Notes: generated by a model not told the origin, from the letters alone. 64,000 nt of DNA from a virus (IMGVR_UViG_3300014697_000001:64001-128000); one strand, 5' to 3'; positions 7,882 to 17,570 are shown, counted from the stretch's first letter. Numbers and translations: made by a program.

Positions 7882-8289
7882 ATGACCACCGCTACCAAGA
7901 AAGGCACTGCCGCTAAACCGGCTACCAAGGCCCCAGCCAAGAAGCCCGCCGCTACCAAAGCAGCCCCGAAAGCCCCCGCCAAGAAGCCGGTGGCTACCAA
8001 GCCCGCCGCAGCAAAAACTGCTCGCAAGCCGGTTGCAAAGCCTGCTGCCAAAGCTCCGGCCAAGAAGCCTGCACCGAAGGTCAAAGCCACCGTCATGGCT
8101 CTGGACCTGACCGAACTCCTGAAAGCTTTCGCTGCCGGTGGTAAGTCGCCGCGTAACGTGCGCCTGCCTGGCAGCGTCGATGTGAACGTCAAGGCTGCAC
8201 TGATCGCTGAAGCCAAGCGCCTGAAGATCTCGGTCTCGGCACTGACCTCGGCAATCGTGACCCAGTACATCGCCACGCTGTCTGCCTGA
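7882..8289 (+). CDS. histone H1-like (AKP-repeat) DNA-binding protein with C-terminal ribbon-helix-helix-like domain
   Basis: KAPAKKPAATK repeats over about 70 aa, then RLPGSVDVNVKAALIAEAKRLKISVSALTSAIVTQYI. Confidence 0.8.
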   Translation: MTTATKKGTAAKPATKAPAKKPAATKAAPKAPAKKPVATKPAAAKTARKPVAKPAAKAPAKKPAPKVKATVMALDLTELLKAFAAGGKSPRNVRLPGSVDVNVKAALIAEAKRLKISVSALTSAIVTQYIATLSA

Positions 8290-8295
8290 CCAAAC

Positions 8296-8324
8296 GGGAG
8301 AGCTTCGGCTCTCCCCTTATGCCG
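8296..8324 (+). terminator. UUCG hairpin followed by TATGCCG
   Basis: gggagagc-ttcg-gctctccc. Confidence 0.75.
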
Positions 8325-8371
8325 GCTCGACGGTACCATTGTATGTCTTTATCTATCGGTGAGATTTCATT

Positions 8372-8887
8372 ATGTGGACAAGACTTATAGCAGCAGTTGG
8401 TTTGAAAGGTATACTGGTCGGTCTTCTGGTAGCGGGGGTTGCCTCCACGTTCATCTACTGGGTGAACTGGACCGTTGAGGCCAATCGGACCCTGGTAAGC
8501 AATGCAGAGACCATCAAACAACACGAAGAGACCATCAACACCCTTCGTGGCGAGATACAGCAGTACCTCCAGGAAAACCACCAGCTAGAGGAGAAGTTCT
8601 ATCAGATAGAACAATCTCAGAGTGACCTTCTCTGCGCAGCCCGTTACGGTCAACCCGTCCAGGACAGTACGGTGCAGTTACCTCTGGTCAAAGAAGTTGT
8701 GGTCTACCGGGACCGGATGAGCAAATGCCCTACGCTTGACATCAATCAGGCTGAAGTGACGGACTCACTGGGCACTGCACTACGACCGTCAAATGAGCAG
8801 ATCGCTGTAAAGGTTCTTGAGAACTCTTGGGAGGCATTCTGCATCGCCAATAAACAGGAGCATCCCTCATGCTTACCTACCCAATAA
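8372..8887 (+). CDS. inner-membrane spanin (Rz-like)
   Basis: Single N-terminal TM, coiled coil, periplasmic cysteines, followed by overlapping lipoprotein gene. Confidence 0.7.
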   Translation: MWTRLIAAVGLKGILVGLLVAGVASTFIYWVNWTVEANRTLVSNAETIKQHEETINTLRGEIQQYLQENHQLEEKFYQIEQSQSDLLCAARYGQPVQDSTVQLPLVKEVVVYRDRMSKCPTLDINQAEVTDSLGTALRPSNEQIAVKVLENSWEAFCIANKQEHPSCLPTQ

Positions 8888-9213
8888 AGGCTCACAGTAA
8901 CAACCCGTTTAACCGATTCGTGATGTTCAGTACTCCGTACTCCCCCAAGCGCCCTAAACGCAGTCGGTGGTGGCTGTTGCTACTGTTTGTGGCCGTGGTC
9001 ACCCTACCGGGGTGTACAGCCAGGTACCTGGCTGTACCTGAATGTGAGATCACCTCGCCTCCGGATGCCGACCGCTACCTGCAAGCTGTCCCAGATGAGC
9101 GTTTGATCATGATGAGCAGTGCCTACATTGCTCAGGTCAAACAAACAGCCAGCTGCAACAAGAAGATACGTCTGGTCAATGCTGGCAATAAAGCACGTGA
9201 CACCCTCGATTGA
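8869..9213 (+). CDS. outer-membrane spanin lipoprotein (Rz1-like)
   Basis: Basic region, hydrophobic stretch and lipobox LPG-C; proline-rich mature N-terminus. Confidence 0.7.
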   Translation: MLTYPIKAHSNNPFNRFVMFSTPYSPKRPKRSRWWLLLLFVAVVTLPGCTARYLAVPECEITSPPDADRYLQAVPDERLIMMSSAYIAQVKQTASCNKKIRLVNAGNKARDTLD

Positions 9214-9217
9214 CCCT

Positions 9218-9251
9218 ATAGAGAGGAGCCAACGGGCTCCTCTCTATGCCG
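9218..9251 (+). terminator. hairpin ending in TATGCCG
   Basis: atagagaggagcc/ggctcctctctat 13-bp stem. Confidence 0.75.
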
Positions 9252-9262
9252 TCTCGATTCCA

Positions 9263-9293
9263 ATTTATTACAACGATACATGATAGCGGTGAA
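9263..9293 (+). promoter_or_regulatory. putative early promoter
   Basis: CAACGATACATGATAGCGGTGAA, nearly identical to 5298-5327. Confidence 0.65.
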
Positions 9294-9324
9294 TGCATCA
9301 CCGAGTTCTTAAGGAGAACTGATC

Positions 9325-9495
9325 ATGAACGTCAAAGCCATTTCTGTCATCGCTATTGCCGCTGCCGCTATCGGTTACTGCAGTTACAGGCAGTATAAGA
9401 AGTTCAAAAGCGAGACCCCTCTTTCGGCGGAACAAGCCGCTGAAGTTCAACGCATCCTTGACCCGGTTGCCGAGATTGTCAAACCCAGTCGTTAA
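9325..9495 (+). CDS. 56-aa membrane microprotein (not in ORF track)
   Basis: TCTTAAGGAG RBS; MNVKAISVIAIAAAAIGYCSYRQYKKFKSETPLSAEQAAEVQRILDPVAEIVKPSR. Confidence 0.75.
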   Translation: MNVKAISVIAIAAAAIGYCSYRQYKKFKSETPLSAEQAAEVQRILDPVAEIVKPSR

Positions 9496-9526
9496 CTACC
9501 CCCCAGCGTTCTAAGGAGAACGTGCC

Positions 9527-9799
9527 ATGAACGTGGCTGCTGTATACACCGGACACTCCAGTGAAAGTGTCCTAAAAGTCTACCGGGAGATTCAACGACT
9601 CCCACTGACCGAAGCCCATGCCGAACAGATCGAAGCCATCAAGGCACATGTCGATGTCCTGGTGACACAAGCCAGTCAGTGCATCGATCCTGTGGTTGGT
9701 GATAAGTTGTTAGCGTTGGCCCATAACCGTGTTCTTGAGATTGAACGTCTTATCGAGGAGAATGACCGTGTCCAATATTTCGGTAGTAGCTGCATTTAA
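9527..9799 (+). CDS. hypothetical early protein
   Basis: TAAGGAG RBS, helical 90-aa ORF. Confidence 0.75.
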   Translation: MNVAAVYTGHSSESVLKVYREIQRLPLTEAHAEQIEAIKAHVDVLVTQASQCIDPVVGDKLLALAHNRVLEIERLIEENDRVQYFGSSCI

Positions 9800-10106
9800 A
9801 CTCACCATTGGCGTGTGGGTTGATGACATGTTCTTCATGCAAGACTACAATGGTGAAGGATATGTACCCGACCGGATCGAGATTCATAATGACGCCGGTG
9901 AAGCAGTGGTGAAGGTCATTGACGAGAACGATCAAGTCATCTACACCAAGCCCACTCATTATTCGTTCGACAAGATAGTCACCTACGCCGAGGCACTGCA
10001 CGAGCTACCTATCTTTACAAAGCTGGACGAACCCGAACCAAGCCATCAAGCCTGTGTCGAGACTACAGACCAAGTCATCACCCTACGCGCCCCATCGCGC
10101 ACCTGA
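9762..10106 (+). CDS. hypothetical early protein
   Basis: In operon; start uncertain. Confidence 0.65.
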   Translation: MTVSNISVVAAFKLTIGVWVDDMFFMQDYNGEGYVPDRIEIHNDAGEAVVKVIDENDQVIYTKPTHYSFDKIVTYAEALHELPIFTKLDEPEPSHQACVETTDQVITLRAPSRT

Positions 10107-10125
10107 CCCCGATCTTAAGGAGATC

Positions 10126-10800
10126 ATGACCATGAACACTTATTCTTTCGTCATCAGCCACGATGACCTGCTCGAAGCCCGTATCAACACCACCGAGCCT
10201 TTCTCCGGCCTCTTTATCACCAAACTGCCAAGCTTTGATACCGAGCTTGGATATGAAGTCCGTGGAACCGAACTGATCGTCAAGTACGAAGAAGTCGATG
10301 GTGAACGCCTCCTACTTACCACAGGGAGCTACTACGCACAAGAGACTCCGTTACCAACTATCTACGGAATCGTCCTGAAATTACACGGCTTACGTACCCT
10401 GCGGGTTGGGAACAATCCAGTTGTGGTGGCAGATGTACATGTCAACAGTCCGGATGACTTCTACGTCACTCGCCGTAATGCCGGCGGGTTAGTCGAGAAC
10501 CATCCCGTCAAAGGCGATGTGTTCACCTACAAGGAAGGCTTTGGTTACACCACTCTCACCGAATCGGCCATTGATGATCTATACCGCAAGTATGTTCATC
10601 TGGGACATGGTGCCTTTATCCCAGGATGCTATCTGGTCCGCTTTGGCTCGGTAGTCGATAACGGCTCGGTGCTCTACGTGCCACTTGCATGGTTGTTCCA
10701 CGACCCTCTGGTGGCCCAGGCCCATTTCCCGACCATCGATACCGACCTCTGGAAGATGAAAGCCGATATGTTTTCCCTTAACTACGATGGGGGTGAGTGA
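10126..10800 (+). CDS. hypothetical early protein
   Basis: TCTTAAGGAG RBS before ATG 10126/10132. Confidence 0.8.
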   Translation: MTMNTYSFVISHDDLLEARINTTEPFSGLFITKLPSFDTELGYEVRGTELIVKYEEVDGERLLLTTGSYYAQETPLPTIYGIVLKLHGLRTLRVGNNPVVVADVHVNSPDDFYVTRRNAGGLVENHPVKGDVFTYKEGFGYTTLTESAIDDLYRKYVHLGHGAFIPGCYLVRFGSVVDNGSVLYVPLAWLFHDPLVAQAHFPTIDTDLWKMKADMFSLNYDGGE

Positions 10801-11087
10801 TGAACGTCTACCATGAACCCAATGGCCTTCTCTTCCGCAAGTTGGAAGGGGAGGCCGGGATCAGCTATGTCGCCATCGATCCAGACGAGGTGGATGGCAA
10901 CCTTACAGGCCTGCTTGTCCGTCACGGCTCGCCCGAATCGGGCTGTGGCTATTATCCCGCTAGTCTGGTAATGGCTGACTCTGAACTGCGTGAAAAAGTA
11001 GCGGCTGTGAAAGGTCGACGGAAACCCAGTGAACGCTGGATAGACCAGATTAAAAACCGCCTAATCGAATCGGGCATCCTTCATTGA
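10797..11087 (+). CDS. hypothetical protein
   Basis: Overlaps upstream stop. Confidence 0.7.
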   Translation: MMNVYHEPNGLLFRKLEGEAGISYVAIDPDEVDGNLTGLLVRHGSPESGCGYYPASLVMADSELREKVAAVKGRRKPSERWIDQIKNRLIESGILH

Positions 11088-11102
11088 TACAGGAGCAACA
11101 CC

Positions 11103-11624
11103 ATGCCGTACGCCATTTACACCATCGAAAGTAAGGAACCAAGTTATCTCATGGCGAATCCATTCACCATGAACTCGGAACCGATCGTCGACATGCGTTT
11201 CATCACCATGGCAAAAGACCCCTCTGGAGTCATGGCGGATCTCGTCAAGTTCATCAGCGACATGATCGACAACCGGCTCCGCGATGGTTTTGATGACGAT
11301 CCAAGCGAGATCGACAATGTTGGGGAACTCACCATGGTCATGCATGATCGGTTCATGACCCTGACGTCAATCCTGGCCGGGATCAAACTGACGCCTGTGT
11401 ATGTCCTCGATGATAACGAGGCGGCCATGGTGGATCAGGCCATTGAGCTGCTGGCCAAGTGTGAGGCGATCAATCGAGATCCCTCAGCAACCGACCGTCG
11501 CGTGTATGGTGGTAAAATACGCGACCTCAGAAGAGCCATGTTGGTGAGGCTGTCCAACTCCTCACTAGACCCTTCCGAACACGCTAACGAAAACCTTTCC
11601 GCTGCAATCCAACAACTGCTGTAA
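11103..11624 (+). CDS. hypothetical protein
   Basis: AGGAGCAACACCATG start. Confidence 0.8.
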   Translation: MPYAIYTIESKEPSYLMANPFTMNSEPIVDMRFITMAKDPSGVMADLVKFISDMIDNRLRDGFDDDPSEIDNVGELTMVMHDRFMTLTSILAGIKLTPVYVLDDNEAAMVDQAIELLAKCEAINRDPSATDRRVYGGKIRDLRRAMLVRLSNSSLDPSEHANENLSAAIQQLL

Positions 11625-11647
11625 CCCATAACCCAAGGAGCAACACC

Positions 11648-11944
11648 ATGCCGTATAAAGCCATTGCTAAAACCATCATCGAAGCCATCGAAGCCCGTGT
11701 CAAGGCTAACATCGCGGTCGGTAATTTCGGTACCATCAACTTGACCATGTCCGATAGCGAACTGAAGAACCGCATGGGGCTCGAGCGCCTGAAGACCATT
11801 ACCCGCAAGCGCCTGATCGCCAGCCTCTGCGCTGCCGATTATATCGTTAGTGATGATGGTGAGGAGATCACCATCGAAGTAGATGTAGCCTCGCGCTACA
11901 CCGATTTCGAGAGCCTTGAGGATCTCCTCGAATCGCTCGAATAA
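11648..11944 (+). CDS. hypothetical protein
   Basis: Same AGGAGCAACACCATGCCGTA start context as 11103. Confidence 0.8.
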   Translation: MPYKAIAKTIIEAIEARVKANIAVGNFGTINLTMSDSELKNRMGLERLKTITRKRLIASLCAADYIVSDDGEEITIEVDVASRYTDFESLEDLLESLE

Positions 11945-11951
11945 CCGGTGA

Positions 11952-12004
11952 CGGCATAGGGAGGGAGCTTGCGCTCCCTCCCTTAGCTGTTTCTTTTTTC
12001 TTTG
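11952..12004. terminator. hairpin terminator between convergent genes
   Basis: agggagggagc/gctccctccct stem plus T tract. Confidence 0.8.
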
Positions 12005-15000
12005 TTACTTGATTGAACGATCAATCCATTTGATGATGGCTTTAGCTGTGGGGTAGACTTCGATCATTTCGGTGAGGCTGAGCGTCCACATCTCAGGCTC
12101 GCGTTGGTGATAAAAGCGCTCCCAGTAGGCTTCATCGAGTTTCCGATCGGTGACGTACAGCCAGTCATTGAACTCGTTACCATCCTTGAAATCGAGCCAA
12201 GGGATAAATCCAATGGATGGGTCCCATTTCTTATCAGTTAGCATTGCTTTGACAAGCTGAGCTGCTTCTAACACCTGCGTGGCATTTAGTGCAGGGAGTG
12301 TTTCAGCAGCTACTAACTCCGGGACAGTTCGAACAACAGGCGTACCTTTAACAACCTCTACCTTAAGGTTCTTCAGAGACGTTCCTTCGAACTTCGGAAA
12401 GCGCTTCATGGGATCGGGGAGAGCGTCGAACTCGTTAACTGATTTTCGAACGAAATCCAGAATAGACTCGGTGTCTCCGGCGCTCTTCTCCCAGTGCTTC
12501 ACAGTGCGGTTGTGAATTTCCTGGACCTTGTCGTTCAATGGCCCAAGCACACCCATCCATGCCTTGGTGTGACGAGCGACTCTACCGTGAGCCTTTATCA
12601 CATTGCCCAGTGGACTGTCCCCTAACTTACCATCCAACATGAAGTACGTCGAAATATCCTTCGCAGGCACATCCCCTTCAACATATTTCTGCTTGTCAAG
12701 CCAGGTTCGACTCAGATAGGTTTTGTTCATCTCCTCCATGAACCGCTTGAGTTTATTAGCATGTTCGTATCTGAGGTATTCGCTATCGTCGTCCTTGTAC
12801 TTGGGTTTCTTGGGTCTAAGCAAGCCACCTAAGAGATCGGACAACCCTTCAAACGACACGGTGTCCTCGCCACCATCCCTTACGTCGATTGGCAGTTCGA
12901 GTTTCACCCTGTCGATAAATCGCTCAGCATCGCCCAGGGTAGCCGCTGGATTCTCCACCAAAGACTCCAGCGATGCCTCTAGATCATCCGGAGCACTGAC
13001 CCCGAGGATAGCCTCGACTTGAGATTTACTCCATGCCATGATGTCCTTAGAGCGCGTCGAGATGTTCGGCTCTGCACCGGTATCCAGATACGTCTCCCAG
13101 ACATGGCAGCGATGCTTCTGTCCGATTCGGTCAACACGGGCAATGGTCTGCGTCCGTTCGTAATCACGGAACGGGGCATTGGTGAACACAACTGTGTTTG
13201 CCATGGTCAACGGTACAGCTGTCGACAGGGACTTGAAGGTTGCCACCAGAGGATTGATGTCGTCGTCATTCTCAAACCGCTTGACGATGTTCGGCAAGTC
13301 CTTGTTGGTCTCCCCGTACACCAGCAGGGGTTTATACCCCGCCTTCGTCAGCAGGCTCTCAAGCTCCTTGACCACTTCCACGTAACTGGTAAAGATCACC
13401 GTTTTGGTGGTCGCGTTGTCGATGATCTCATCCAAGGGCATGTTGGGTAGCATGTCCAGGTGACACTGGATGCGCAGACGCCCCAATACCTGAGACAACG
13501 CCTCACCCATGACCCTGAGGTCAACGTACTTGATGATGGCACGGACATTCAAGAACGGTTTGCGGTACCGTTCAGGTAGCGAGGGAACAATGGTCTTCAG
13601 CTCGTACCGGTTACAGTACATCACCAGATCCTTCATGGTAACCGGATCATACCCCTTGCGAAGTTGAGCCACGCCACGTCGGTATTCAGAGAACGCTGCG
13701 GAGGCCATTCCGCCCTTTACAGTCTGCCCGTGAAGCTCCATGCAAGTCGCGTAGAGTTTTTCATACTCCGGCATCCCCTTTCGGTAGAAGGCCAAACGCT
13801 CATCGATAAACTTGCTCATCTTCTCGCGGACACTGGTCAGGGTATATTCCGATGAGTTGTTCATCGGTACCTTGATCTCATGGTAATCCACACCCGGAGT
13901 CTCGATGTCAGCTTTCACCACTTTGAAGGAGACAATACCGATTCGGTTAGCCAAGATCTCAATCGCCCGCTTAGCCTCCTTGCCAAATATCTTACGGAAG
14001 GACCCTTGTACTTCAGGAGTGAAGTCATTACAGATCGTCGCCAGCAGGGTGATGGCTTCAGAACCCATGGCCTTGAACGGCGTACCCGATGCATGGATCA
14101 CATCTCGGGCCTTGAGGGTCTGGCAGAGCTGGATCAGCAGGTTGGTCCGGTTGGACTGCTCGTTGAAGTTGTGCGATTCGTCGATCCCTACATAGACCTT
14201 GCCGAAGCTGCCTTTGTTAGCCCCGACGAAGGCCAAGAACTTCTCCAGATAATCGTAATGGACGATGTAGTACTTCTTGCCCAGAGTCAATTCCTCTCCA
14301 CTCAGGCTGTGCCAGTACTCTGGCGTCTGCTTGAAGAGTACCTTGATGGTTTTGACCCAGACGTCAAACACAGAGTTCTTCGGCACAACGAGCACTGAGG
14401 TGTCAGCCCCTAAGCAATGGGCCGTGGCGTATTGCGAGATCGTGTTATGGGTGACAATGAAGTCATCGGTGATGTACAGGTGTTTCGGATGATCCACCCT
14501 GATACATTGCGCCTCTTCCTGACCGACGAGCTTGATTGACTTAACACGTAGTTTGAGCGTTGCAGCATACTGTCCATCGTCTTTACAACGTTCCTGTTTG
14601 CGTTTTAACCTGAACAGTTCGGATGGTTTGGAGTGACGAATGTTGACTTGATATGCAGGGCGGCCATTTCGCGTCTCGCCGTTGTAAGTATAAGTCGGTT
14701 TCCGAACAGCGATCCTGGCGATACCACCCAGACTGCGAACCAGATACTGCACACCTTCCGCCAATTGCTTACTACTGGAGCAAAATGAGACGGTCCCTTG
14801 CTGATCCGAAGTTCCATCGGTGTCCATGAGGCCTTGAAGAAGACTCAGGCGTTGTGTCCGGGAACCCTGGAGATACTCACTAGGAATATGTTTTTCGTGA
14901 GAATACTTACCAAATAATCCAAGTTCTCTAACTATCCGTCTCAGTACATTGTCGCCGCGCTCAACACCCACAATGCTGTAGTCGATTTCAGTTATACGTT

Positions 15001-15946
15001 TGAATTCCACGGTGTCTGGTAAGGCATTACGGACATTCTCCAGTACCTCGGCATCTGGAGTACAAAAGGCAACATGGTATCGAAGACCACCGTCGCCCAA
15101 TAACGCACCCAGCACATACGGGTCAAGTGGGTATTGTACCTCTGTACCTTCATCTGGAGTGATGAGAGGAACGTACAGTCGATTCCCACCGCGAGATTCT
15201 AAAATCTCTTTCATGCGCAACGTCGATCGGACATCCCACTGGCGGGAAACATTACTCTGCCTTCCGTCGTGACATTCCCAGAGATGCTCACCACACGCCC
15301 TGGTTTTCCGCCCATCGACGAACTCAATTTCATAGATGTCTTTTACACCTTGAGGATAAACACCCGACACATTGACGGTCGTACCGTCCGGCGCAATCAC
15401 CTGACTCCCCACGCGCATGTCACCCATAGTGGCCCAACCACCAGGTACCTTGATTTTAGCGTCAAGAGGCTGAGCCTTACCCGATCCTGCTGCCGCGTCC
15501 ATCAACATTCCATTGAGCGAGTATTCAAACGTAGCTCGGTCGTAATGCTGTAAAAAGTTAATTTGATGGGGAAATAATGTGACTGTCAAGTCCTTCAGTG
15601 CCGACATGTTAAGCCTGGAGGTGAAATCACCCAGACCTATGTTGCGCAGCCACGTGCCAGCAATCAACTCATCGCGTACACGCTGTAGCGTCCGCCGACC
15701 CACATACGTCCGACGGGATTGGATCAGTTGATCCAACATGTACAGAACTTCGATGGCGTAGAACTTGGGAAACTTTACGCCACTTCGCGAAATAGCAGTG
15801 AACATGTTGTTGTTCAACTTGCTAGTTTTCCAGTGATTGTATACGTCTTTAGAGAACCTGAGCCCAGGTATTCCATTGACTATAATGTGAGAGCCGGTCT
15901 CCTTCACGGAGATCAACCCTAACAGACGCGAGAAATTGGCGTACAT
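12005..15946 (-). CDS. SF2/SNF2-like helicase of phiKZ-like phages, intein-containing, with C-terminal extension
   Basis: Walker A DAAAGSGK|T split by intein, DESH, SGTP, QTIARVDRIGQ. Confidence 0.9.
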   Translation of the reverse strand: MYANFSRLLGLISVKETGSHIIVNGIPGLRFSKDVYNHWKTSKLNNNMFTAISRSGVKFPKFYAIEVLYMLDQLIQSRRTYVGRRTLQRVRDELIAGTWLRNIGLGDFTSRLNMSALKDLTVTLFPHQINFLQHYDRATFEYSLNGMLMDAAAGSGKAQPLDAKIKVPGGWATMGDMRVGSQVIAPDGTTVNVSGVYPQGVKDIYEIEFVDGRKTRACGEHLWECHDGRQSNVSRQWDVRSTLRMKEILESRGGNRLYVPLITPDEGTEVQYPLDPYVLGALLGDGGLRYHVAFCTPDAEVLENVRNALPDTVEFKRITEIDYSIVGVERGDNVLRRIVRELGLFGKYSHEKHIPSEYLQGSRTQRLSLLQGLMDTDGTSDQQGTVSFCSSSKQLAEGVQYLVRSLGGIARIAVRKPTYTYNGETRNGRPAYQVNIRHSKPSELFRLKRKQERCKDDGQYAATLKLRVKSIKLVGQEEAQCIRVDHPKHLYITDDFIVTHNTISQYATAHCLGADTSVLVVPKNSVFDVWVKTIKVLFKQTPEYWHSLSGEELTLGKKYYIVHYDYLEKFLAFVGANKGSFGKVYVGIDESHNFNEQSNRTNLLIQLCQTLKARDVIHASGTPFKAMGSEAITLLATICNDFTPEVQGSFRKIFGKEAKRAIEILANRIGIVSFKVVKADIETPGVDYHEIKVPMNNSSEYTLTSVREKMSKFIDERLAFYRKGMPEYEKLYATCMELHGQTVKGGMASAAFSEYRRGVAQLRKGYDPVTMKDLVMYCNRYELKTIVPSLPERYRKPFLNVRAIIKYVDLRVMGEALSQVLGRLRIQCHLDMLPNMPLDEIIDNATTKTVIFTSYVEVVKELESLLTKAGYKPLLVYGETNKDLPNIVKRFENDDDINPLVATFKSLSTAVPLTMANTVVFTNAPFRDYERTQTIARVDRIGQKHRCHVWETYLDTGAEPNISTRSKDIMAWSKSQVEAILGVSAPDDLEASLESLVENPAATLGDAERFIDRVKLELPIDVRDGGEDTVSFEGLSDLLGGLLRPKKPKYKDDDSEYLRYEHANKLKRFMEEMNKTYLSRTWLDKQKYVEGDVPAKDISTYFMLDGKLGDSPLGNVIKAHGRVARHTKAWMGVLGPLNDKVQEIHNRTVKHWEKSAGDTESILDFVRKSVNEFDALPDPMKRFPKFEGTSLKNLKVEVVKGTPVVRTVPELVAAETLPALNATQVLEAAQLVKAMLTDKKWDPSIGFIPWLDFKDGNEFNDWLYVTDRKLDEAYWERFYHQREPEMWTLSLTEMIEVYPTAKAIIKWIDRSIK
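14444..15475 (-). mobile_element. class 3 intein (344 aa) with LAGLIDADG homing endonuclease
   Basis: Starts AQPLDAKI, block B CGEHLW, block F AQCIRV, block G FIVTHN followed by Thr; LGALLGDG and LQGLMDTDG motifs. Confidence 0.92.
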
Positions 15947-15995
15947 TTGAAAATATTCCTTTTAACTAGGAGTATAATGGAAGAGGATTCATAGA

Positions 15996-17570
15996 ATGAG
16001 CCACACCGCAAGCAAACCGACTGCAGCCGTCATGCTTAACGAAGCCCAGAACTACCGCACCAGCCTGGAAAGCCTGATGAGTGTAGGGCGTGCCCTGCTC
16101 AGCAGTCCGTCGATGGAAGATGCCTCTGCAACCGCCTTCCAGGTGTTGGCCGAGAATGTTCTTGAGCAAGCAGACCACCAACAGGACCTCGTAGCCGTTG
16201 ACGGTGTTGAAGAACCACAGGTCCGGGTCGAGCTGATCATGCAGGATGTCCTGACCCCTCGTCTGACCGAAGTCGAGCAGATCGAAGACGCTCTGCAAGC
16301 CAAGGCCGATGCAGAAGAACCTGTAGCTTTCCATACCAGCGAACGCGCCACTCACGCCTCGCAGGAAGAACTGATCCTGTCGATGGAGATGTTGGCTATC
16401 CATCGTAACTACATTGGTGCCATTCGCTCGGTCCTATCGATGGAATCCTTCCCGGTAGCGGCCGCCACACCTCTGCTTCAAAGCGTCACCCGCTGCTTTG
16501 GCTCGTATGCTGACAAGCTCGGTGTGTCGATGGAATCGTTGGAACAGACGCAAGTCCTCGGTGAAATGAGCGATGCCGTTGATCGCATCGAACAGTTGGT
16601 CACCAAGGCCCATGAGTCTGTGCTTGAGCAAGCTGAAGCCATTCGTGCAGACGCTCGAGCCGTCGGCAGCGATGAAACGGACAAGCTGGGTGACCTGATC
16701 GAAAAGCATCGCCAGGACAACCCGGTCGGTATCCAGTTCGAGGAAGGCACCTCTGTCAACAGCATCCAGTCGGATGCCGAACCCAAAGACGACGAAGAGC
16801 AAGAAGAAACGCTCGACGAGTCCGAGTCTGACGGTGAACAGGACGGTGCTATGGACGACACTTCCATGACCGATGACGAAATGGAACTCGTCCCGAACGA
16901 GGATGATCAGGAACAAGAGGAAGAAGCACCTCTTGAAGAAGACCCCGATCTCGAAGAGGCGCCTGAAGAAGAGGAAGAAACCGACCTCGACGACGAGCAG
17001 GAAGAAGAACTCCCTGAAGAAGTCGAAGAAGTCGAAGAAGAGGAGCTTCCCGAAGAGGAGGAAGAGCTCCCTGAGGAAGAAGAGGAAGGTGACGACCTCG
17101 ATAACGAAGAGGAAGAAGTAGCCAACGCCGACACGATCGACGAAGACGCTATTGAAACCGAAGTCGAAGAGGAAGAGGAGCCTGAATCCGAAGAGCAGGA
17201 AGAAGAGGAAGAAACTGCTGAAGAAGACGAAGACGACCTTGAAGAGGAGGAGGAAGACGGTGAAACCAATTCAAACGAATCTCTGGTCGAACCCATGGTC
17301 TGGGATGCCGACGCGTACGGCGAACAAGCCGCCGAAGTCCGTGGTATCCACACACAGATCCTTCGCTTCCTTGGCGATCACGGTATGCTCACCCCTGAAG
17401 GTCAGGCTATCGCTGAAAACGACCAAGCGGTCGATTTCGTGTTCTCCACTGACCTGATGACCCCGCATGCTGCTGAAGTATTGGCACGTCATTATCAGAC
17501 GTGGATCGGTGCCTCGCTGCGTGATGGGCAAGCCAATCTTCTCTCACTCGGTATCCTCCTTGGTGTGTAA
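15996..17570 (+). CDS. very acidic putative internal head/scaffold protein
   Basis: Repeated S-L/M-E motifs in N-terminal part, long E/D tract. Confidence 0.8.
   Translation: MSHTASKPTAAVMLNEAQNYRTSLESLMSVGRALLSSPSMEDASATAFQVLAENVLEQADHQQDLVAVDGVEEPQVRVELIMQDVLTPRLTEVEQIEDALQAKADAEEPVAFHTSERATHASQEELILSMEMLAIHRNYIGAIRSVLSMESFPVAAATPLLQSVTRCFGSYADKLGVSMESLEQTQVLGEMSDAVDRIEQLVTKAHESVLEQAEAIRADARAVGSDETDKLGDLIEKHRQDNPVGIQFEEGTSVNSIQSDAEPKDDEEQEETLDESESDGEQDGAMDDTSMTDDEMELVPNEDDQEQEEEAPLEEDPDLEEAPEEEEETDLDDEQEEELPEEVEEVEEEELPEEEEELPEEEEEGDDLDNEEEEVANADTIDEDAIETEVEEEEEPESEEQEEEEETAEEDEDDLEEEEEDGETNSNESLVEPMVWDADAYGEQAAEVRGIHTQILRFLGDHGMLTPEGQAIAENDQAVDFVFSTDLMTPHAAEVLARHYQTWIGASLRDGQANLLSLGILLGV

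Noticed and set aside
16785-17260. GAA/GAG-rich tandem repeat or CRISPR-like array
   Set aside because: Simply Glu/Asp codons; no fixed repeat-spacer period. No CRISPR array in the window
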